Assembly: GCF_000485595.1 (NCBI RefSeq)
Contig: NW_014577068.1
Location: forward strand, 611,570-631,569
DNA from: Priapulus caudatus
Lineage: Eukaryota
Length of the DNA: 20,000 nt
Direction of reading: 5' to 3'
Of this stretch, positions 11,131-20,000 are shown one piece after another. The notes below the pieces were generated by a model. That model saw nothing but the letters and a program-made list of their open reading frames with translations, was not told where the DNA came from and did not search any database. Within the stretch, counting starts at the first letter, position 1. Each line of letters opens with the position of its first letter. The translations under genes and the position numbers were made by a program.

Positions 11131-11819
11131 GTTGTTATGTTACGACCTGCTCTCCTCACATCTGCATTGGTGTAATTCGGTGCTAGGCAGTCTCAGATAC
11201 GGCTAGCAGGTTACTGAAAGATGATAGGCTTGAATTTCGCTTTCAATTCCTACTGTGTCCTACAACATCCATCTGAGGGAACATATTCATCCTGAAGGTA
11301 TTATATGTCCATAACCCATATGAAGGCTGTAATTTATATTAAGAAATACATACTTTTAGACGTGCCCCGTTTAAGCAGCAACGCAAGGTAAGAGAGAAGA
11401 TGAGAGGATAAAGCACATGATTATTATTATATATAGCGCGTGATGTGTTATTATGTGTTATTATGTGCCTACGTGGTTCCATTGTGTAGGCATACATGTA
11501 TGCATAAGTAAACTATTTAAATCGCCTCGTATAACTGTCCATCATTCATTGAATGTGCAGTGCCCCTTTACCAACAATACCCCCCGCCCTATTTTGGCAA
11601 GAACCCAAATTTTAATATCCCTCTAACAAGTTGATCCTTTACGATTTCGCGAAATGAGACCCCCTTTTTTGAAGCGATATGACTCGAGGCTATCGCTAAA
11701 CCTATCTCTAACCCTAACCATATTTTTTGTTACCATCATGGTCATCATTGCCCTCCGGGGCCTCCGCCGTACTAGTTTCACTCTGATTGGCATTTAAAAC
11801 GGATGAAAACATTCATTCT

Positions 11820-11828
11820 GCGCGCACA

Positions 11829-11868
<40 letters not shown>

Positions 11869-12014
11869 CTACTCGTCTACACGACCATCGTGCGAGAATG
11901 TGTGCTTTCCTTGCGCTTTGTGGAAGGTAGCTGCCGCGCGGTAATAAGGGCCTTTCAGCCGAGTGGGTGGGGTTTCCTTATTGATGTGAACGCCATCAAG
12001 GAGTCGATGCTTCA

Positions 12015-12066
<52 letters not shown>

Positions 12067-12095
12067 CCCACGCACTACAACACACACACACACAC
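11820..12095. repeat. Two (GCAC)n microsatellites separated by ~140 bp of unique sequence
   Basis: Directly visible at 11820-11869 and 12013-12095. Confidence 0.9.
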
Positions 12096-13114
12096 ATCTA
12101 ACACGCGTGCGGAATACTTCATGTGATGCGTGCATCGTCAAAGATTCTTTGTCACCTAATGCTACGTATATTAAAGATAAAAAGCACAATGCTAAAAGGT
12201 TCTGTGTTATAAAGATTCATCAGTTGCGACTTGTTACACTGATTATCCTGTCTGCCCTGGCAAACGGATAGTGTGAGCAGTGCTGCGACCATCTCGCTGT
12301 AAGTTAAGCATGAGGGGTTTATTGATCATCAACTCACGTTCGCATCTTCAACAACACGCAGTGTTTTTCTCTAGAATTTACAATTGAGATATTTCATTAT
12401 TATTTCGAATATTTTGATCGCCTAAATTTAGCAGCACACTAATTGCAGGGTATAGTAATAATACCAACTAAAAAGCCGACAATCCTAAGTGGCACCAATA
12501 TGGCTGGAGCCATATCACCCGTTACCGCCCGATCAATATCGCGCCCTCTCATCTAACGTGGAATCATTATTTAAGCTAACAGATTATAGTGTGCTAGGTA
12601 GATCGATATAAAGTACTTACAAGTACTCCATTGGTTGGTGGCAGTAAAGCTGATGGGTGGAGCCTATGTATTACTTCAGTTCATTTTGATGAAGCCATAT
12701 TTATCTATATTCACATGTGACATCTATGAAAGACACTTGGGATTTAGATCAGACTTCTGGGGTGTTTCGCTTGAGTGATCTTTATGTACAGGTTTGCCTG
12801 CATTTATTTCTATATTTTTTTTCTTATATATCTTGATATCTTTATATTTCTCTGGAGAGTGAGAGAGAGAGAGTGCCCATCGAGACGCGCGAGAGGCGAG
12901 ATGACTTGAAAGAAGACTCGAATAGAGATATTTTAGTTTTAACTGTGATCATCAAAGGCAGGTTGACCAAAATTGAATTCTTTTTAGCAAAACAAAAATA
13001 TCAGTTAATTTAATCTTTTATCTGTTCCATAGGGTAGAAATGATTGAAGGTTCGGTTTTGGTAGAGGGTCTACATGAAAACAAGTATTTGATTCATAAGA
13101 GACATTCTGACCCA

Positions 13115-13375
13115 TGCGCGTGGGCACGTGTACGTGTGCGTGTGTGCAGTGAGGCACCGGTGTCGTGCTGTTATGTGTGTGCGTGTGACTGGGTGCGTGC
13201 GCTGCGTTGCGGCGCGTGCGAGCGTGCGATGCGGCGGTGCTGCGTCGCTGTATATGGTGACGCGCGCGCGCGTTGCGCGTGCGTGTGCGCTGCTGTGTAT
13301 TATTTGCTGCGTCGCTATAGTCGTGTGCGTATACGTATGTGTATGCATTTGCGTGCGTGTATTTGCGCGCGTGTT
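13115..13375. repeat. Noisy (GT/GCGT)n microsatellite
   Basis: GT/GC dinucleotide-rich with many single-base interruptions. Confidence 0.75.
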
Positions 13376-13822
13376 ATGAGCCTTTACAGGGCATTCAATA
13401 CCTTGTGCATGTAATGCCAATTATCATTGCATTACACGAGCACGGTAATTAGGAAATTAATTGCATTGCTATGTGCCTCACCTGTGCTATCTACTACCTG
13501 CTATCATTTTAGGTTTAATGCAGTACACCAAATGGGGAAAATTAACACAGGATTTCAGGATTCACAACATTTTTTCAGGATTTGCCCATAGCAATTAAAT
13601 GCACGGCCTCAGCGAATGTAGGGGTTTGGGGTAATATATAGCGACGAGATGTAGGAGTGCAAGGGGCTGGTTGTGGAGACGGGCATTAACACACGCGCTT
13701 ATGCGCTTCGGCTGTGCGAGTTGTTTTGTTCTGTGTGACAAGGAATTGACGCTGTGCAAGATATTAAAGCGTTTGCAAGTTTTACAAACACAAGTTTGGA
13801 TTCTCTTATTCATCATTGCTAC

Positions 13823-14470
13823 ATCCAACATCAAATTCTTCCGTATACAATGCACGCATCAAGTGAAACTAAACTCGGAGCATGAAATCATTTGTTGTGT
13901 ATGTTTTGTTATTGAAGTTCGTCCTTGACACCTGTTCTTTAATGTAATCTTTATAGTTCAATTCTCAGACGCTATTGACTTACATATTTACACGATATCG
14001 TTATAGATTGAAGAGAGACAGTACAGAGAACTTCACCAAAATGGGTAACCCTCCCAGTTGTGTAGGGTCAATACGTCGACATTGGAGATTCTATACGTGA
14101 CCTGCGTGACGGCAACTGCCCTTATCAGCATTTCTCAGACAATACTATCGGGCGAGAGACGGGTGAGTACACACATAACTATGAATGTCCCGATGATCGA
14201 TTATAATCGATAAGTCGTTGTCTTGACAGCAACAAAAGAAAATTTATTTTTTATGAAAATAAATAATCGATTATCAAAATATTTAATTTTTTTTTCTTCT
14301 CCAATTTAAACATTTGCAAATATTGTATGACGAAATGACTCTTTATTTCTTTGGTGTGTTATTTTGCCGACTTAGCTTTGCAGCTTGAGGACTTGTAAAT
14401 CTAACCTCTACCACATAAGACTAAAACATAATACTGTCACATAGCTCTGCAGTACATAATACTGTCACAT
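13823..14470 (+). repeat. Direct duplicate of 8839-~9470 (exon 2 plus flanking intron)
   Basis: Both copies start atccaacatca, share ttatagttcaattctcagacgctattgact and ccaatttaaacatttgcaaatattgtatga, and end in cataatactgtcacatagctctg. Confidence 0.93.
14007..14162 (+). pseudogene. beta-Spec: Frameshifted copy of beta-spectrin exon 2 (probably an uncorrected long-read version of the true exon)
   Basis: Aligns by eye to 9021-9172 with the same ttatag| and |gtgagt boundaries. It shows roughly 15-20 small indels against about 3 substitutions. Confidence 0.85.
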
Positions 14471-15182
14471 TTCTTAGAATATTGTATTATACAAAATACG
14501 GTATTATATGATATATGATGATATAATTCCAACCGATTCCCATCACTAGTATACACCATCTCTGGTAGCTGTTAGCAGCATATGTGAGTGGATTGCATGG
14601 TATTCGTGGCTTAGATCTAATGAAGTTATTGATTCAAATTAAGTCAGTTAATTGCCATTCATGTTTAACTTTGGAAATTACTGTGAGGACATTTATGTAT
14701 TATAATTACCTAAAGAGATTGAAAAGCTCGCTTTAATATCTTTGATTGATAGTTTTAAACGTGCTGGCCGTAATCAGAATTCCCATAGGTATTGCAGTTA
14801 TCAATCATATAATATGGCATACGTTACTACTAATATATTCCATCATTAAACTAGGCGAGCAAGAGTTGGGTAACAGGTGGTACCGACTGGGCAACAAACG
14901 CCACCATTTCAAAATCAATTTAAGCGTTTATTTCTACGCGTTTATTCGTTTAATGGTTCTTTCGTAAATTGTTATTAACATTATTAGTAGGGAATTTAGC
15001 AAGAAGTAAGTTAAGTAAGTAAATTGTAAGGGTATTACTATTACGGAAATCCAGGGGTGGGCCTGATTTTCAAATGCTCTTCAACGTCTCTGTGGAACCG
15101 TACATAAGTGTGACTGCATGCACTCTTGTACAGCCTACTGCTCAATCATATCACTGCTGTATGGCTTACGGCTTCATCATAT

Positions 15183-15224
15183 CAGGGGTTAATAATGACA
15201 AATTTGTCATTATTAAGCCCAGTG
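15183..15224. mobile_element. Older, degenerate hairpin insertion of the same type
   Basis: Perfect 28-bp palindrome ttaataatgacaaa/tttgtcattattaa (15189-15216) within caggg...ccc(ag)tg. Flanks atcatat and attgtat match at 5 of 7 positions. Confidence 0.6.
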
Positions 15225-15254
15225 ATTGTATCAATAACATTTTACGGCTTGCAG

Positions 15255-15428
15255 CCGAAACCGACGAAGGGTAAGATGAGGATTCACTGCCTGGAGAACG
15301 TGGAGAAGGCGCTGCAGTTCCTGCGGGAGCAGCACGTTCACCTGGAGAACCTCGGAGCGCACGACATTGTTGACGGGAGCCCTCGTCTCACCCTTGGCTT
15401 AATATGGACCATTATCCTGCGATTCCAG
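15255..15428 (+). CDS. beta-Spec: Beta-spectrin coding exon 3 (rest of CH1 domain), 174 bp
   Basis: ttgcag|CCG ... TTC CAG|gtgtgt, phase 0/0. Reads [58 protein letters not shown], including the [19 protein letters not shown] signature. Continues exon 2 in frame. Confidence 0.97.
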
Positions 15429-15575
15429 GTGTGTAACCCCCAACCTGCCTCCTTCCATGTAGCCAGCCTCCCTCCTCCTCCCTCCTCACCTTCCTTCCAA
15501 CCTGCCCACCTCCCAACCCCCAACCTGTCTCCTCCCATATAAGTGTGCCAAACGACCCCAGCTCCTGCCAGGTAG

Positions 15576-15890
15576 ATAATAATAATAATAATAATAAAAA
15601 TTTCGGTCGACTCTGCTTGCGTGAGACTAGTATTCTCATATACCCATATAGACACTGCCTATGTGAATGGATGGTTACATTCACCACATCGTTGTCTGCA
15701 GGCTGCTCTTTTCTGCCAGCGTGAGTACATGTGATTTCCCTCGGGATCTGTAGCAGTTGAACGCAGGGATGGCTAGAAGTCCAGCTTCATAGATGGTGGT
15801 CACAGGCTCACAGCTGATAACCCTTCCTGACTCTAAAACGCATCACAGTACATACTGCTTAACTCCACTGACAGACGACTAGCTGGTTAA
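15576..15890 (-). mobile_element. Possible 3' end of a non-LTR retroelement (SINE/LINE) with a (TTA)n tail
   Basis: The minus strand ends ...gagtcgaccgaaatttt(tta)n after ~300 bp of even-composition sequence. No TSD or protein homology seen; the 5' limit is approximate. Confidence 0.3.
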
Positions 15891-16009
15891 TTACATATAT
15901 TTAGAAAATGCTATTCCTGTGCTCAGTAGACTGAATTTGACTAAATGGCATGCAGTCTTAGCTTGACAATCTATTCCCGCGCTGGCAAACTTTTATTGTG
16001 GTGGAATTT

Positions 16010-16112
16010 AATCGGGGCGGAGGTAATTTAAACGGGGCGCAACGATTGAAACAGGGGGGAGTTTTCCCAAACGGGGCGCGCGCCCCGTTTGCGCAACGTA
16101 GGGAGAACCCTG
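16010..16112. mobile_element. One end of a probable hAT-type non-autonomous element
   Basis: Terminus reads CAGGGTTCTCCCTAC on the minus strand, with repeated aaacggggcgc motifs and a perfect 24-bp palindrome at 16068-16091. The opposite TIR was not found and the left boundary is approximate. Confidence 0.45.
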
Positions 16113-16189
16113 CTGTTTATGCATGCGTGTACTCAAATACTCTGTTTATACATTTGCAGACGAAAGGATCGGAGTAAGGATCCATCACC

Positions 16190-16298
16190 ATGACAACAGG
16201 CTTGGTGGTGCGTTGGGAGCCAGGCCAAGAGACAATAGAAGATGAAGATAACAGCTCAGCAAGGCTGTTTGAACGATCGAGAATCAAGGCCTTGGCAG
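16190..16298 (+). CDS. beta-Spec: Beta-spectrin, first coding exon (exon 16160-16298; ATG at 16190)
   Basis: Translates MTTGLVVRWEPGQETIEDEDNSSARLFERSRIKALA, containing the beta-spectrin N-terminal motif NSSARLFERSRIKALA. Acceptor tttgcag|16160, Kozak-like caccATGa, an in-frame TAA upstream of the ATG, and a phase-1 donor G|gtaggt. Confidence 0.95.
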
Positions 16299-16827
16299 GT
16301 AGGTTGGCTATGCAGTCATTTACGAACATTTTTGCAGTCGTTAGCGTTGGCCTGCAATTGAAACATCTCCAGAATCGTGTTTACAGGATTGGACTGCATT
16401 TATGATTGAATGAATTCAAAATGTATTTGCCATATTATTGTGCGGCGTATTTTCTTTTCTGAAACCCGTGTGTTCACCCTGGATACGGGCAGGACTTGTA
16501 CATGAATAGCACTCACTTGGAAATCGGGGAATTATATTTTGCCTGAAAATGTAAGGAAAATGACAGAATGTTGTTTTAAAATTATAAGAGTTAGGGAAAA
16601 TATTGTTGATAGATAGATAGCACACGCATTAGAGCCTACGATCGCACTTATTAATCCTGCGTTACGTGCGTAGCAGTAATTTGATGACAGCCAATTAAAA
16701 CGTGTTCTTATATAATACTAAACAAATAAGAAATACATACGAATCGCCAACTTGAACTCTGAGAATTCGCTGGAAAATAAGGTGGTCAAGCTGACACGCA
16801 TGTTGTGCGATTAGATATAGACTGTAA

Positions 16828-17962
16828 TTGTATTCCCCGCGACGAAGTTGGCGGGGATATACTATGGTTTCATGTCTGTACAGCCGCCGCCGCGGCAGAG
16901 ATTTTCCCTTCCGCTCTATAACTTGCCCCCTAATTGACCTAGCGTGACCAATCTTGGTCTACTTACACATCTTGGGGAGAAGGTGGGCAGCGCACCAAAA
17001 CCAGGTCACTGCGATCTTTATTTGACCTTTACCTTGACCTTGATCATGTTTCCCTTCCGCTCTGTAACTCGGCCCCTAATTGACCTAGCGTGACCAAACT
17101 TGGTCTACTTACACATCTTGGGGAGAAGGTGGGCAGCGTACCAAAACCAGGTCACTGCGACCTTTATTTGACCTTGACCTTGATCATATTTACCTTCCGC
17201 TCTGTAACTCGGCCCCTAATTGACCTAGCGTGACCAAACTTGGTCTACTTACACATCTTGGGGAGAAGGTGAGCAGCGTACCAAAACCAGGTCACTGCGA
17301 CCTTTATTTGACCTTTACATTGACCTTCATCATATTTCCCTTCTGCTCTATAACTCGGCCCATAATTGACCTAGCACTACCAAACTTGGTATACTTACAC
17401 ATCTTGGGGAGAAGGTGTGCAGCGTACCAAAACCAGGTCACTGCGGCCTTTATTTGACCTTGATCATATTTCCCTTCCGCTCCATGACTCGGCGCCTAAT
17501 TGACCTAGCACTACCAAACTTGGTATACTTACACATCTTGGGGAGAAGCGCATCGTACCAAAACCAGGTCACTGCGACCTTTATTTGACCTTGATCATAT
17601 TTCCCTTCCGCTCCATGACTCGGCGCCTAATTGACCTAGCACTACCAAATTTGGTATACTTACACATCTTGGGGANNNNNNNNNNCATTATCTTTCTCTT
17701 CCGCTCTATAACTCGGCCCCTAATTGACCTAGCGCTACCAAACTTGGTATACTTACACATCTTGGGGAGAAGGTGTGTCACGTACCGATCCCGGGTCACT
17801 GCAACCTTTATTTGACATTGACCTTGACCTTCATCATTATCTTTCTCTTCCGCTCTATAACTCGGCCCCTAATTCACCTAGCGCGACCAAACTCGTATAC
17901 TTACACATCTCGGGGAGAACACGGGGGATACATGTAGTTGGCGACAACTGCCCTTTCTAGTT
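16828..17962 (+). mobile_element. Helentron-associated non-autonomous element (HINE/DINE-1/pearl-like) carrying a satellite array
   Basis: TT start, 5' subTIR gtattccccg with a nearby inverted partner gcggggatatac, short (ccg)n, central tandem array, 3' subTIR cgggggatac (17922-17931), short hairpin agttg-gcga-caact (17936-17949), and terminal ctagtt. Confidence 0.8.
16903..17918 (+). repeat. Tandem array of ~131-149-bp units (at least 7.5 copies, interrupted by a 10-N gap)
   Basis: The anchor c(c/t)gctc recurs at 16911, 17057, 17197, 17343, 17477, 17608, 17701 and 17850. Unit length varies mainly with the number of tgacct hexamers. Confidence 0.95.
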
Positions 17963-19074
17963 GAAACATGAATTTTCCTGTATCGTGTAAATGCTTACAC
18001 GATTTTTTTAAAAGGCGGTGTTCGCACTGTGCGCTGCATTCCACGTAATCAATCACACCGTCTGCAATGTGAAACAATCGATCGGTTTAGTGATTGATGG
18101 TTTTTACGCAAACTCATCTCAGCCGCGCTTGACTTTGCGGCGTATGCGTCTTGTGTGCGAGTGTAGTTTCACACGCTGCGGCTAGAAAACCACCGACTCG
18201 TGTTCTCGATTAAAGTTGTTTGAACTCGGCGTTGCGCGTGACGTTTGAAAGAGTTTTCCCGTTGCCCCCTTTCAACCTTCACTACTGCAGCAGGTAGCAG
18301 TATAGCGAGAATGTTGAAAACGTTTTATGTTAACCAAAGCACTTTTTTTGTGAACGCGTTGACAATAGAGTTGGCTATATTAATATAGCGACGATATGTG
18401 CGAATATTGCGAGTATGTGCGACAGTGCGAGTAGAGCTGATATTGTGGTCGTGACCTGAGAGCACGTGGAGCTGAGAGAGTGACTCAATCGGTTGTCCTA
18501 ATGCCCTTCTGTAGTCGGTGCGATTGTATTCGTCGCTGGTAAATATCGTAGAGTAGTACAGCGCGGAGGACTGGTTGCGTATAATCGTGTTACCTGCTGC
18601 CGACTGCTGCAATGTCTGGCTGCAGAGAGGATGCTGCGAGATGGATGAGGAGGAGGGAGACCCGTGGTGCATCTCCACGCCGAAGCCCTTCGTAGACACT
18701 ATCGATCGCTTTTCACAATAATATTGTGTTATTTATTCATTAGTCGGCTGTATAGCGCGTCTGCGGTGTATGCGATGATGTCAGGGATTCGATTCGGAGC
18801 TCGGTCATTGATAATGATTACGTTGAATAACCATGCGGTTAATGAGGTATATACGATGACAATCTACAACGTGCTCGCTTTCGGCTGCTTGTTTTACACG
18901 TCATTACCTATTGATCGGAGAGGTTGTCTTGCTCTCATGCCTGTTTTGGTGGCAATATTGCTACGTGGTGCGTTATGGAAACAGCATGAGCTACTCGACA
19001 TCCGGCTAGCTCGCAAGGAAGGCGTAAAAATGAACCCAACTTCGATACGAAAGTCTTCCAGCTAAACAGACAGA

Positions 19075-19470
19075 TTTTTAGCTCATCGGACGAATTAGTC
19101 AGATGCAGCTTGTAGAATCGCATGAGCGTCCGTATATGTTCGTTCGTGTGTCCGTGCGTCCGTCCGTCAACAGTTGGGCACAAATCTTAACCGCTCGACG
19201 TACGGTCACGATATTCGGGACGTTGGGGGGGGATCGTGAAAAGGACTCGGGGTGACCAATTTGGGGGTCAAAGATCAAAGGTCAAGATGTTTTAACGGAG
19301 GGGGAATATTTCCCCCCTTAAGGTATAGGAGGAAATACGGAATTGCGGCACAAATCTGAACGGCTCGACCTATGCTCTTAATATTCGGTGTATAGTGTGA
19401 TGGGGAGGAAACCCATCACCAGTGCGAAATTTGAGACAGGTCAAAGGGCAGTGGGGGAAAGGTCAGATAT
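19075..19470 (+). mobile_element. Second HINE-like element (5' part; 3' boundary uncertain)
   Basis: tttttagctcatc...gatgcagct 5' inverted repeat, a (gtcc)n-like microsatellite at 19127-19168, then two diverged ~170-bp units (gcacaaatct..ac.gctcgac at 19178 and 19348) with ggtcaaag motifs. Confidence 0.6.
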
Positions 19471-19656
19471 CAGACATTTTCTGAGGACATGGCCTAATGG
19501 ACAGAGTGAAAACTTTTTTTTTCAGCGCTGACCTATTTTTATCACATTATTGAAAGGACCATGAAATGTGCTTTCCACTGACGTGCGAAGAGTAAGTGTC
19601 TGATAACCTTTTGACCCTCAAGAAGAGGGTTAAACATGGATTTGTTGACTGTTAAT

Positions 19657-20000
19657 CCCTCTCCCTTCTCCGCTTCTCTCCTTTCCTGCTTCCTCTCTCT
19701 CCTCCCTCTTGTATCCCTCTTCCCTTCCCCCCTCGGTCCCTGCTCCTCTCCCTCTCCCTTTTCCCCTCTCCCTCTCCCTCTCCCTCTCCCTCTCCTCTCC
19801 TCTCCATCTCCCTCTCCCTTCTCCCTCCCCCTCTCCCTCTCCCTCTCCCTCTTCCTCTCCCTCTCCCTCCTCCCTTCTACCTCTTACCTCACCTCTCGCC
19901 TTTTCCTCTTCTTCACCTTCTCTCCCTCTCCCTCTCCCTCTCCCTCTCCTCTCCCTCACCTTCTCCTTCTCTTTCACCTCTCTCTCTCTTCTCTCGCTCA
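19657..20000. repeat. Polypyrimidine (CCCTCT)n-like tract
   Basis: Directly visible. Confidence 0.92.

Noticed and set aside
11696..11720. ctaaccctaacc as a telomeric repeat
   Set aside because: Only about two units; too short to be meaningful.
2847..13420. Cys/Val- and His/Thr/Ala-rich ORFs (2847-3718, 9581-10084, 11803-12189, 13040-13420)
   Set aside because: They are translations of (GT)n, (CA)n and (GCAC)n microsatellites, which lack stop codons.
9021..14162. Exon 2 and 2' as mutually exclusive exons
   Set aside because: The second copy is frameshifted throughout with an indel-dominated error pattern.
15126..15542. Whole 138-aa ORF as a gene
   Set aside because: Only 15255-15428 is spectrin; the flanks are intron read-through beyond canonical splice sites.
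16903..17918. Regular repeat array as a possible CRISPR, or ORFs 17230-17960 as genes
   Set aside because: Whole units repeat with no unique spacers, there are no cas genes, and the context is eukaryotic. The ORFs are translations of the satellite.
18011..18030. aaaggcggtgttcgcactg as a Harbinger-like MITE end
   Set aside because: No matching inverted end found in the window.
18363..18398. 16-bp palindrome as a fifth hairpin insertion
   Set aside because: The outer arms are poorly matched and there is no flanking duplication.
19630..19977. Glu/Gly/Arg-rich ORF
   Set aside because: Translation of the polypyrimidine tract.

Overview
Repeat-rich, mostly intronic metazoan (invertebrate-like) genomic DNA from a gapped assembly, with N runs at 4134-4994, 8829-8838, 9548-9557 and 17676-17685. 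The only firmly identifiable gene is a beta-spectrin. Its three 5' coding exons on the + strand encode the N-terminus and first calponin-homology domain, with canonical, phase-compatible splice sites, but they lie out of order: exon 2 at 9021, an indel-riddled exon 2 copy at 14007, exon 3 at 15255, and the ATG exon at 16160. The simplest explanation is mis-scaffolding plus an uncorrected long-read gap fill; a real partial tandem duplication is not excluded. The rest is microsatellites and non-autonomous transposons: a TTAA-flanked Kolobok-like element, two Helentron-associated (HINE-like) elements, one carrying a satellite array, and MITE ends. The most distinctive pattern is a set of four tiny (37-72 bp) hairpin insertions with CA...TG ends, 7-bp target duplications and a shared ATAAT motif. 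There is weaker evidence for an unidentified minus-strand gene and promoter. Most ORFs in the track are microsatellite artefacts.
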